Shown piece after piece: positions 24,540 through 36,859 of a stretch of DNA of 64,000 nucleotides. The stretch is from assembly GCF_964194025.1 (NCBI RefSeq), contig NC_134470.1, positions 38,502,001-38,566,000 on the forward strand. Direction: 5' to 3'. The notes under the pieces are model-generated. The model saw only the letters and a list, made by a program, of their open reading frames with translations, searched no databases and was not told the origin of the DNA. The stretch comes from Convolutriloba macropyga. Lineage: Eukaryota. Each line of letters starts with the position of its first letter. Position 1 is the first letter of the stretch. The translations under genes were made by a program, and so were the position numbers.

Positions 24540-26300
24540 ATTTCCTTGTTTCTTATTTCTCAAAACTTTTTTCTTGTCTTTACACTGTTGGCTGTATTGA
24601 CCAGTTTGACCAATTCGTGCTCTTGTCCCTCTTCAACCCTGCTTTATTAGCTGCGTTGACAGCTTCTTTTCTGGCATTTGGGTAACGGGACCGAGGAAAT
24701 ATTCTCTGTACAGGCCCTGTGAACATAGCGGAATGAATTGGCATTTGTTCTTAAAGCAGGTTAGATTTAACAAGTCACACGAGCAAATTACCCGTAAAGA
24801 CTAATAACAAGTGCTCCGAATAAGAACTTTAAAATTGCAATTCTGAAATTGCAATTACTTAAAAATGTTAGAACGTTGTCTCCTGGAGCGCTGACTCTAG
24901 TGCTTTGTCGCTGCGGTATTATCTTTTCTCTTGATAGGCCATCATTGCCAAAGGCTCATCTTCTCATTACGAGACCATACTTGAGGGAGGTGGTTACTCA
25001 ATAGGTGGTTCCGCCTCAAACTCACAGAGAAGCTCCACAGCTTCAATTTCGATGTCAATATTCAACTCTTAATTTTCCTAAACTTGCTCTTCCGTTGGGT
25101 CAAACAACTTCAGGGCTCTTGAGAACTGTAGTAAATGCTCTATTTTTTTTAGATAACTAATAAAAAAACATACCTGAACAACTAAATTTCGCTGAGCTTT
25201 CGCACGTTCCTATCTCTACTCTCGCGTAAGCAGTGTTTTGTGTTCACTGTTAAAATGGGCTTCACTGTTTTCGAATCCATCATTAAAAAAATCTTATAAC
25301 CTTTGCCACTTAAAAAATAAAAGCTCAATAAGTCCTGCTTAAAAACTTACGGGCCAGATTAATTTGATTTCAAAAAGTACTCACGATATCAATTTATTGA
25401 AGTTGTTTGATTTTCATCGTTTTGTTACTTTCTGTCACTGAAGCTTCCAGAACTTCGGTCATTTCGTGAACTTGATTTTCATTGTTGAGGCATCTCTTGG
25501 CGATGTGTTTATGCACCTGGCAATACTACAGGAAAACAAACATGCTAGCAAAAAAGCCAAGCAAACTCGACGTTTGAAACGCGATCTTAAGCATTAACAC
25601 AACCAGACAGCGAAAAAGTTGCAAATGAAAAGCTTGAACTGTCTCTGAAGTATTGAAATGGTTTTTTACATTCAACTATTGAAAGAGTCTAAGTTACGTA
25701 AACCTTTGCTACAATCACTATTACCAACAAAAGCAAAGAGCTTGGGTATTACAAGGAAAGTTTCTTTAATCTTATACCGAAAGGTAGTCAAGAGATACGA
25801 GCAAACTACTCGTAAAGAAAACAATCTAACATTTGAACAAAAAACTCTCGAAACAGCAACTAAAAAAATGCTAAGAATTGTTCAAAACATTACCTCAACG
25901 TTGACATTGTCATCAATGGCAATTGACGCTTCAGTGTTCGCTGCTATTGGATGGTCCTGCTTCACGATTATGAGATGGTCCTTCTTCACAATTATCTAAT
26001 GGTCCTGCTTCAGTGATTTTACCTCGCATGTTTTGAAGTAGATTGAACACTTATTCCAAAAACCCTTGTTCTTGTCTCCTCGTATTCTTTTCCCAGAGAA
26101 CCAAAACCTTGTTTTATGACACCATAACTTTGTGGTAGGCTCAATTCAATGACATCATTTTCAGCCGTACACAAACGATCAATAATAGAGACACTGCCCC
26201 CAGATGCTGTCATCAACTCGTATAACTCTCAGTTTGTCTTTCGCAAGTGATAGTACCAACCAACTACTCCTTTAGTCCTTTTTTGTACAAAGTTTAAACA
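24540..26300 (-). pseudogene. Spliced accessory gene remnant ending in a BEN-like domain (BEN-A)
   Basis: SLKYGLVMRR*AFGNDGLSREKIIPQRQSTRVSAPGDNVLTF (~24990-24865), then PVQRIFPRSRYPNARKEAVNAANKAG (24714-24637). Minus-strand GT donors at ~26022, 25893, 25384 and 25174. Confidence 0.55.
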
Positions 26301-26457
26301 ACAGCAAATTCTAAAAACCTCGCGATAACTTAAGAAACCGCTGGTAAACTTAAATCGAACAGGAAGCTTTAATGATCGTTAACGAGACTGGTTTTCTATT
26401 TTTGCAATTAACTGTCAAATTAGAAAACTAAATAACTGAAATTTATCAAATGTATCA

Positions 26458-26761
26458 GGTGACTTAAATCTGGGAAAGCGTAAATTGCACAAACAAAACA
26501 AATTAGCACATATCTCCGACAGCAGCAATCGCAATTTGGGTCTGAGTTATGTCAAACCTGCCGACAAAGTACCAGCAGAAAGACTAGCGCTTGAAAACTG
26601 GTTCCAGATGTGTTTGGGGGACTTAAATCTGGGAAGGCAAATAAATTAACGCTAACAAACCTAATTAGCAACTATCTCAGAGAGTAAGAATTGCGGTTTA
26701 AATCGTCCGAGCTTTGTCAAACACGCCGGCACAGTACCAGCAGAAAGACTAGAGCTTGAAA
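26458..26761. repeat. Two diverged ~160-bp direct repeats
   Basis: gacttaaatctgggaa ... gtaccagcagaaagactag.gcttgaaa occurs twice. Confidence 0.8.
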
Positions 26762-26819
26762 GAAAGTATTCAGGTTTTTGCAGATTTAAAACATTTCGTT
26801 TTTGCTGACCGGTACCAGT

Positions 26820-29800
26820 TTTTTATGGAAATCTCAAATGTCGCCCGCTGTTGTAACTGCTTTCTTCAGATAGGCTTTCCTCTCCCGTTCAGCTTGATTG
26901 GCACTGTCTTGCGCTTTGCGATCAGCCAATCGGGGATTTATTGGGTGCTTCTGATGGGCAACATCTAAAACAAGACTTGTGTGCGAAGTGCTAACGAATG
27001 AGAGGCGGAGTCCTTAAGGTTTGATGTTTACATGCTTCAAGAAAGAGGGCTGATAGACAACGGTACAAATTTTTTTGAATGCCGGAAACAGTTGGACGCC
27101 TGTTTTAAGGTTTCTAGTAGCAATAAAACAAAAAAGGGTCAGAAACTTCTCCTCCTAAACACGTACGACAACGAGAATAGTTTCAAAATTTGTTGGAAAG
27201 CATTCCAAAGACAGTACTTGTGCGTTTAGATGATTACAATCAAATTTTAAGCTACTTCGAATGTTACTCCATTGATTCACAATTGAATAATTTGAGAACA
27301 AGGCGTGTTGCTACATATAAAACAAACCAGAAAATTTTTGGACGAGCATTGGATCAGCATCAACTTTTCTTGTCGAGTGCTCAGTATTGATCATGTCGTT
27401 CACTAAGCCATCGTCGCCAAACAGGTGACGGCGCAACTCCCAGCCAAGTTTAGGTGTATGCATTTGCCTTTAGTTTGTTTATAAGATCTTCACCGAAATG
27501 CATGACACTTTTCAATGGATGCTGCTCCATTAGGTTTGCGTGCATGTCCACACTTTGAAAGCCACGAGCATGAAGCACAAGTATTTCTTCCAGCTCCCCG
27601 GCCTAATTAAAATTCAACATTTTTGCGAAAAATAATTTTCTGAGAACACATAGACAATACCGTTTCGGGAAACTTGTGAAAAATTGTACTTAAAATGCAA
27701 ACGCTTGTTTTGAATTTTGCTTATGTCACCATCTATGACTTACACTTACATGCTCATCGTATTCCCGACAGATTTTCTTTCTCTTCTTACCGCCTTTCTT
27801 CTTTAGCAACACAAAAGTACTCTTCGCCTTGCTAATGCGCTCTTCATTGCCTTCGAGAAATCTAGCAAACTCTACTTCGTCACAATTCCCATACATGCAA
27901 TTTATCTGCTCAGGCATATCAACTGTTTCTTTTAACAAAACAGGCGTGTTAGGGCTGTGCTCGTCTTTACAATTAATATTTGAAATTTGAGACTATGCCG
28001 TTTATTGTACCAATCTTGCATTTCTTTTTGGATTCTTCTTTGGTTTCGGCTTTACAAACGAAAGGTTTATCGTCTTTGTAAGAAAACAAGATTGAAGTGT
28101 CCATGTTATACATTCTTAACTGCCTTCGGGCATCATCATCGGAACCAAAGGAAAACTGAGGCGCCTTGATGGTTTGCTGAATTTGTGGCATTTTCATTTA
28201 ACAAATCTCCTGAAGTTTACTTCGAAAAAAGTTTGTTGAGTTTAAAAAACGTAGCACAGTGCATTTCGAGTGTTCATTTACATAAAAACAAAGTAACCGA
28301 TGAAAGAGAAAAGAACTAATTAGAAAGCCGACAAAGTACCGACAAAAAATCATTTCGGTCAGAGGCAATAACTATTTCGAATATTCCTAGAAGCATACTT
28401 TTGTGAGCGGTCAGTGCGACGGACAAAAAACGCTTTTTTATCTACGAAGTCTGCAAGAAGTCATGCTCCTTAATTGCTTGGAAGGAAAAACAATTGGAGA
28501 TTCAATAATTCCAAAATTGAGAAACGGTCCTTCAAACTCATAACACATATCTAGAAGTCTCAGGCAAACTTTTCTTAACTTTAAAGGCACCAAATTAATA
28601 CAGATGAATACAGAATGGTTGCTCGTACAACAATGAGTACTAAGAATAAATCATAGACAACAAAAAACTATTCCTAATCAATTTTTTAATGGAATTCTCA
28701 AATCTCTCCCGCTTTTGTAACTGCTCTCTTCAGATGGGTCTTCCTCTCCCGTCCAGCTTGATTGGCAGTGTCTCGCGCTTTGCAATAAGCCAACAGGGGG
28801 TTTATCGGGTACTTCTGATGGACATTATCTAAAACAAAAGACTTTTGTGCGAAGTGCTATCGAACTAGAGGCAGGGTCCTTAAGGTTTGATGTTAACATG
28901 CTTCAAGAAAGAGGGCTGATAAACAACGGCACAACTTTTATTGAATGCGGGAAAAAGGTGGACGCCTGTTTTAAAGCGCTTAGTAGCAATAAAACAAAAA
29001 AAATTTCAGAAATTTCTCATCCAAAACACGCGCGACAACGAGAATATATTCAAAATTTTTTCGAGAGCATTTCAAAGACGGTAATTTTGCGTTTAGATGA
29101 CTACAACCAAATATTAAGCTACTTAAAATGTTACTCTATTGATTTGCAGTTGAATAATTTGAACAAGGCGTGGATACTACATATAAAACGAAACAGAAAG
29201 TTTTTGGACGAGCATTGGATCAGCGTGAAATATTGTTGTTGAGTGCTCAGCATCGATCATGTCATTCACTAAGCCATCATCGCCAAACAGGTGACGGCGC
29301 AACTACCAGCCAAGTTTAAGTGCATGCATTTGCCTTTAGTTTGTTTATAAGATCTTCCCCCAAATGCATGACACTTTTAACTGGATGCTGCTGCAGTAAG
29401 TTTGCGTGCATGTCCACATTTTGAAAGCCACGAGCATGAAGCACAAGTATTTCTTCCAGCTCCCCGGCCTAATTAAAATTCAACATTTTTGCGAAAATTA
29501 ATTTTCTGAGAACACAAAAACAATACCGTTTCGGGAAACTTGTGAAAAATTGTACTTTAAATGCAAACGCTTGTTTTGAATTTTGCTTATGTCACCATCT
29601 ATGACTTACACTTACATGCTCATCGTATTCCCGACAGATTTTCTTTCTCTTCTTACCGCCTTTCTTCTTTAGCAACACAAATGCTAATGCGCCTTGCTAA
29701 TGCGCTCTTCATTGCCTTCGAGAAATCTAGCAAACTCTACTTCGTCACAATTCCCATACATGCAATTTATCTGCTCAGGCATATCAACTGTTCCTTTAAA

Positions 29801-31710
29801 CAAAACAGGCGTGTTAGGGCTGTGCTCGTCTTTGCAATTAATATTTGAAATTTGAGACTATGCCGTTTATTGTACCAATCTTGCATTTCTTTTTGGATTC
29901 TTCTTTGGTTTCGGCTTTACAAACGAAATGTTTATCGTCTTTGTAAGAAAACAAGATTGAATTGTCCATGTTATACATTCTTAACTGCCTTCGGGCATCA
30001 TCATCGAAACCAAAGGAAAACTGAGGCGCCTTGATGGTTTGCTGAATTTGTGGCATTTTCATTTAACAAATCTCCTGAAGTTTACTTCGAAAAAAGTTTG
30101 TTGAGTTTAAAAAACGTAGCACAGTGCATTTCCGAGTGTTCATTTACATAAAAACAAAGTAACCGATGAAAGAGAAAAGAACTAATTAGAAAGCCGACAA
30201 AGTACCGACAAAAAATCGTTTCGGTCAGAGGCAATAACTATTTCGAATATTCCTAGAAGCATACTTTTGTGAGCGGTCAGTGCGACGGACAAAAAACGCT
30301 TTTTTATCTACAACGTCTGCAAGAAGTCATGCTCCTTAATTGCTTGGAAGGAAAAACAATTGGAGATTCAGTAATTCCAAAATTGAGAAACGGTCCTTCA
30401 AACTCATAACGCATATCTAGAAGTCTCAGGCAAACTTTTCTTAACTTTAAAGGCACCAAATTAATACAGATGAATACAGAATGGTTGCTCGTACAACAAT
30501 AAGTACTAAGAATAAATCATAGACAACAAAAAACTATTCCTAATCAATTTTTTAATGGAATTCTCAAATCTCTCCCGCTTTTGTAACTGCTCTCTTCAGA
30601 TGGGTCTTCCTCTCCCGTCCAGCTTGATTGGCACTGTCTCGCGCTTTGCAATAAACCAACAGGGGGTTTATCGGGTACTTCTGATGGACAACATCTAAAA
30701 CAAAAGACTTTTGTGCGAAGTGCTATCGAACTAGAGGCAGAGTCCTTAAGGTTTGATGTTAACATGCTTCAAGAAAGAGGGCTGATAAACAACGGCACAA
30801 CTTTTATTGAATGCGGGAAAAAGGTGGACGCCTGTTTTAAAGCGCTTAGTAGCAATAAAACGAAAAAATTTCAGAAATTTCTCATCCAAAACACGCGCGA
30901 CAACGAGAATAGATTCAAAATTTGTTCGAGAGCATTTCACAGACGGCAATTTTGCGTTTAGATGACTACAACCAAAGAGTAAGCTACTTCAAATGTTACT
31001 CTATTGATTTGCAGTTGAATAATTTGAACAAGGCGTGGATGCTACATATAAAACAAAACAGAAATTTATTGGACGAGCATTGGATCAGCGTGAAATTTTG
31101 TTGTTGAGTGCTCAGCATCGATCATGTCATTCACTAAGCCATCATCGCCAAACAGTTGACGGCGCAACTCCCGGCCAAGTTGAGAAGGGTGTGTATTTGC
31201 CTGTAGTTTTTTTTAAGATCTTCCCCCAAATGCATGACACTTTTCACTGGATGCTGCTGCAGTAAGTTTGCGTGCATGTTCACATTTTGAAAGCCACGAG
31301 CATGAAGCACAAGTATTTCTTCCAGCTCCCGGGCCTAATTAAAATTCAACATTTTTGCGAAAATTAATTTTCTGAGAACACAAAAACAATACCGTTTCGG
31401 GAAACTTGTGAAAAATTGTACTTAAAATGCAAACGAGTTTTTTGAATTTTGCTTGTGTCCCTATCTATGACTTACACTTACATGCTCGTCGTATTCCCGA
31501 CAGATTTTCTTTCTCTTCTTACCGCCTTTCTTCTTTAGCAACACAAAAGTACTCTTCGCCTTGCTAATGCGCTCTTCATTGCCTTCGAGAAATCTAGCAA
31601 TCTCTACTCCGTCAAAATTCCCAGACATGCAATTGATCTGCTCAGGCATAAATACTGGTTCTTTTGACACAACAGGCGTGTTAGGGCTGTGCTCGTCCTT
31701 ATGATTAAAA
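26820..31710. repeat. Tandem array, 1865-1866-bp period, ~2.6 units; further partial unit at ~33960-34620
   Basis: Near-identical ORFs recur at 27973/29838 and 28847/30713. Confidence 0.95.
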
Positions 31711-34114
31711 TTTGAAAATTGTGACTGTTGCGGATCAATTTCCGCCGAACTGACGTTGGATTGTGGATTTTGTGAGCCGTCGTCTTCGATTGGGATACGA
31801 ATGTCTTCATCAAGCTCCTCGTCAATTGTCTATGTCTTACTGTACCAATCCTGCTTTTCCTTTTTCAGCTGGGCAATTAGCTTTGAAAGCCTTTTCCGAA
31901 TGAAGACCGCATTAATAAACTCCAATAAAGATAAACAATCAACAAAATAGGTTGACACGTTTGCTGAACTCTAATTGATTATAATCAGTTTAATGGCGAA
32001 AAGCTACGTCTTCAGAAACAAGAACTTCAAAATCCATATGGCAAAGGTAAATCTTGATTGATCTGAAGAGTGAACAGATATGGTACTTGAAAAACTGGTG
32101 CCCTGTGCCAAATCTACTGTTTCCGTTAGTTTCCTCTAAAGCTCTCTAACTCCAGCTTTCAGTGCTGCTTTTTTATCTCCAGTTGAAAAAATGGAACTCT
32201 CAGTCGAGAAGTCTCTGTCGGCTAAAATTGGGGAAGAGGTGTTACGTTTTCAGAGAGACTATTCTAAACTATTGTTTCGGAAAACGATGGTGGACTGTCT
32301 CTTAATTATGTCAGTTTTGTCCTAAGAGGGTTATATAGAAAAAGCTTCTTCCAAATCCAAAAAACCTAAAACGGTTATCACTTTTAGGCGATTTACTGTT
32401 CATCGACTTTCATAATTTCATTTCATTAAATTCATGCTTACTCAGCATTAGGCAGGCAATGACAACATAAAATGAGTACAACTAAGTAGAGCAAATATTG
32501 TCAAAACTGGGGACCCTGAGAGCTCACTCGTCAAAAAAATTGTTTATTCATTAGGCTATCTATTGCAAAAAATGTTGAGGTTATAGATGTTAATTCTTGT
32601 GACAAAACAGACAATTGACTGACATTGGGCTAACTGCTCTAAAGCGACCAACGGTAGTGGTCTGGATTTTGAAAAAATAGTTCATAGGAATGCTTGCAAG
32701 ATGGCATTCGCTAAAAATAGAGGCTGCTGGAAAACCGCCATTTCTCGCTTTTCAACTTTTCCTCGCATTTGATCAGACGAAAAATCGAATGAATATCGAA
32801 CACCAACAGCACTGTTTTAATTGCTACAAACTTAATGTAAGAGCAATTAACTATCCCCAATTACGTTAGGCAATAAATGTACAATTTCACTTCAAAGAAA
32901 TATAGGCGGCAGATTGCCGGAATAGCTGCGAAAGAATAGACTTGCATGCCGTATAATAGAGATATAATCAGATACAGATCTAGATTGAAAAAAAATTGAG
33001 GCCGCTCAAAAAAAGTAAGTAAAAAACCTTCAGCGATAAATTTAAAAAGCATGTTGAAATTCTTTCCAAAGAAACCTTTTTTTAATTACCGCCAGTGCGC
33101 TTATGACTTCCTTTGACCTTAATTATTTCAAATTAAACTTAAGTTTTAATGTGCAAAAGTCATTTTATTGAGGTAAGTCACGTTTGATCAAAATCTATTC
33201 ACGCAGATGAAATTTTGACCTTTGCTAGAGAGAGAATGAAAAATGACGTCACGCGCGCAAACACTTTTTTTGAGTTCAAGAGGTCATTCAGAAAATTTGA
33301 CTTTTTCAGCTTTGCTTTGTGAACAAATTTAAAAAGAAAAAAAACGTCAGACGACAAAATAAAAAAACCATGAGCACCGCCATATAGCTCCGCAGAGCTT
33401 ACAGCTTCGCAGCTTTAAAAAGAATTCAGCAAACGGAGTTAAAAAAATGTTTGTTCATACAACAATAAGTACTAAGAGTAAATCAAAGACAACAAAATTA
33501 TCGCTAATCGAATTTTTTAATGTTTGCTCGCTATGTAAAAGATTCATAATGAAAGTCCGCAAAGTACGGGCCCAAATGAGAGAACTTCTGAAGAAAAGCA
33601 AACAAGCCCTGATGATCTAATTGGGATGCCGACAAAGTAACTGCTAAAATTAATTGCTTTAGAAGCATTGAATCTCTGAGTTAGGAAAGTGCAAGATTAC
33701 ATATCAAAATGTACTTTTCAAATGCAGTGACTACAAATCACAGCAAATTTTATTGCAAAGTTATTGCACCACAAGTCAGATTTTGTTGGATGGCAGTGTG
33801 TTTGAAACAAAAACTTTTAATTCCAAAACTCCAATAAAGATAAACAATCAACAAAATAAAGTGACACGTTTGCTGAACTCTGATTGATTATAATCAGTTT
33901 AATGGCGAAAAGCTACATCTTCAGCAACAACAACCTCAAAACCCATCGGCCAAGACTTGGATTCGGTATTACAAACGAAAGGTTCATCGTCTTCGTAAGA
34001 AAACAAGAACGAAGTGTCCGTGTTATATCTTCTTAACTGCCTTGGGTTATCATCATTGGAACCAGAGGAAAACTGAGGCGCCTTGATGGTCCGCTGAATT
34101 CGTGGCATTTTCAG
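30545..34114 (-). pseudogene. Accessory gene with a Cys-rich segment and a BEN-like domain (BEN-B); internally deleted copies in each array unit
   Basis: N-terminus MPRIQRTIKAPQF... (34108-33899); ...KKKGGKKRKK...YCFLCSQK...CASCSWLSKCEH...; KKLQANTHPSQLGRELRRQLFGDDGLVNDMIDAEHSTTKFHADPMLVQ (~31210-31070). Unit 1 continues KF...HALFSNYSIVNQWSNIRSSLKFDCN, matching the BEN DP...W..I pattern. Confidence 0.55.
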
Positions 34115-34857
34115 TTAACAAATCTCCCGAAGTTTACTTCGGAACAAGTTTGTTGTGTCTGAAAACGTAGTGCAGAGCAATTCCGAGTTTTCTTTTACAA
34201 AAACAAAGTAATCGATAAAAGAGAAAAGAACTAATTAGGAAGCCCACAAAGTACCGGCAAAGAATCATTTCAGTCAGAGGCTATAACTATTTCGAATATT
34301 CCTAGAACCATACTTTTGTGAGCGGTCAGTGCGAGGGAGGAAAAACGCTTTTTTTAATCTACAACGTCTGCAAGAAGTTATGCTCTTTAAATGCTGGGAA
34401 GGAAAAACAATTGGAGATTCAGTAGTTCTAAAATTGAGAAACGATCGTTCAAAACATTTCAAGTACATAAACTCATAACACACATCTAGAAGCCTCAGGC
34501 AAACTTTTCTGAACTTTAAAGACACCAAATTTATACAAATAAATACAGTTAAAACGGTGGTTGCTCATACAACAATAAGTGCTAAGAATAAATCATAGAC
34601 AACAAAAAAAAATTTTCTAATCATTTTTTTTGTTTGCTCGCTACATAACAGTATTTAAAATGAAGGCCTGCAAAGTACAGGCCCAAATGAGTGAACTTCT
34701 GGAGAAAAGCAAACAAGCTCTGATGATCAAATTGGGATGCTGACAAAGTAACGGCTAAAATTAATTGGTTTAGAAGCATTGAATCTTTAAGTTAGGAAAT
34801 TGCAAGTTTACATATCACAAATCTACTTTGCAAATAACAAGCAACAAACTGTATGGA

Positions 34858-35546
34858 TTATATCAGATTTTTCTCTCGAATAAGCTTCTTTAGCGCTGTA
34901 GCCATAGTTGTTTTGCTTTTGCGGCTTAGATGTATTCCATCATCATTGAAGCACTTGGGCCTGCATACCTCTTGGTGCAATTTGAAAAACCGATTGTTTC
35001 TTTGGCCTGCCATTAATGAATTGTAGTTTTGGATGCTTTCGTGTGTAACGTGTATCCTTTTCAAGACTGTGCACACTATTACATTCGCATTTCTCGGCAG
35101 TGCTCGTAGGGCAGTAACAAAGTTGATCAGTTGGGCTAGAACAGCACAAGGAGTGTCACCAGGATTTCCAAAGTGTGACAGGTTGTTGCCTCCTGCACAA
35201 AAAATAATATTCCTATACGACTGTAACGTTGGCAGTAGTTCATGGAAATCAGCAATTAAGCCGCCTTGCAACGAATAGACGACACACTGATTTATGCATA
35301 TGCCGTCCATCATTGAGCGCCGACTACCGTCGTCTGGATCTTTAGCTCGTTGGCAAAATTACTTTGTAAGAATTCAATTGTTCCCCGATCAGTTTCACGC
35401 TTTATTCTACCCGTTTGCTGCACCGGTAAAAACTTAAGTTTTAGCGGTCTCCTATCTCGTGCTCTGCAGTTATTTACAAATGTCGATCCGATGCGAAAAT
35501 CCACTTGCAATCTTGAATAAGCGGTAATTATATACATAGACATCAC
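34858..35546 (-). pseudogene. SGNH/GDSL-type hydrolase (transposon-esterase-like), frameshifted in the catalytic GDS motif
   Basis: ORF 34858-35313 has block II G (LQGG), block III GGNN and block V DGIHL. The upstream ORF ends TTVVG; the DNA reads GGC GC TCA ATG, and restoring one A gives VVGDSMM, joining both ORFs. Confidence 0.85.
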
Positions 35547-35724
35547 TGCATGATATATAGTTTACCCGTTACATTTACCCTCTGAATCAGGAACCAACCA
35601 ATAGTATAATAGTATAGATATTATAGTACGCCATTATTGGGTAGTGTCATGTAGATTATCAAATTCGCCTTGACGAGAGCTTTTCAACGATAAAAGTATT
35701 GTGTTGCTACGGGCCAAAGTCTGG

Positions 35725-35815
35725 TCGCTACGTGTCGGGCAGCATGGTTGTGTCAGGGATCATCGCTGTGTCGGGGCGCATCGCTGTGTCGGGGCGCGTC
35801 GCTGTGGCGGGCCGC
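35725..35815. repeat. GC-rich 18-bp minisatellite (catcgctgtgtcggggcg)
   Basis: Two to three near-perfect units plus degenerate ones. Confidence 0.85.
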
Positions 35816-36859
35816 AATTTAAGATTCTCTAACTTCTCGTTGTAACTATCACTCTAGCGAACTATTCGACAATTCCTACTTCATTCGGAACTTTGGATTC
35901 GATGCCACGTTTATCTTGATGCGTACCTACCTCGGGGAGGTAGGGACGCATGAGGTGACAGCTTCTCTGCTGTCACTTGACCTGGCCGCACACGGATAAG
36001 CATGTCACGTGACCCCGGAGGGAGGTTGTGAACGAAAATTTCACTCTGTCATCCGAGTAAGCCGCTATAAAGATGAAGTAAATTAACTAAGTGATAAAAG
36101 TAACGTATTCGAGAAGCTCCTTAGCTGGGCAATACAGCAAGCATAGAGATACGTTAAAAAAGATTGCATGCAGTTGGGGTGGGGGGGGGGCGGGGTGGTG
36201 AGTTGTGGGACCTGGACTGGCATGCATGCGAAAAAGGCTTATCTCGAAAACTACTGAACCGAATTTAAAAACTGAATATGCCTTCGAATCAGCATGAACT
36301 GGGGTTTCGGTCTAGTGTAAAAAAGTTAAAAATTGAGTAAGTCAAAACTCGATTTTTGCCATTCTGGCTGAAATTGGCTCATTTTCAGAAACATTTTTGG
36401 AATGCGAAAAATTGAGCCATGAAACTGGATCGAAAGTTTTGGTCCCTTATATATTTGTAAAGAATATTAAATGAGCAAGAAAATGATATAACATACTTGT
36501 AAAATCAATTTGTGACAAAAAAAAGTTATTAAGCTAAACAACTCTGAAAGTATGAAAATTTCGCCGAAATCAACCCTGATTTTGGCCTCTACATTGCTCT
36601 CGCCTTCTTTTGTCTGGCTATACTTTAAAAAACAAATTTTATGGTCATTCGGAGCGTAAATTGTAGTTTCTTTTGATACCAAAAACTTGTATATTTTGTG
36701 TTTTTATTTGTGAGAATTAAGTCGAAGTTCGACAAAAATAGCTAATTTTTGCCCCTAACTCGACAGTTTTTTTGTATGTAGTAAATAGAAACAAAACAAA
36801 TCGAAAAAAGTTGTGTATTTTTTTAAAGTGTACAATATCACATCAAGCATGGACTAATA

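Larger units (their letters stand above)
22200..35646 (-). mobile_element. Large decayed CACTA/EnSpm (CMC) DNA transposon with cargo genes, truncated inside the transposase
   Basis: The minus strand starts CACTACCCAATAATGG at 35646, where a different repeat begins. All internal gene remnants (SGNH, two BEN-like, SET-transposase) are on the minus strand. The EnSpm transposase motif lies at 22224-22484. Confidence 0.65.

Noticed and set aside
27032-31265. Plus-strand ORFs in the 1.87-kb array (MLQERGLI..., MRSAIELE...) as genes
   Set aside because: They have no recognisable motifs and break differently in each unit; they look like antisense shadows of the minus-strand BEN-like gene.
33606-33645. 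Hammerhead ribozyme (CTGATGA core; also ~34719)
   Set aside because: No stem II followed by GAAA and no closing stems.
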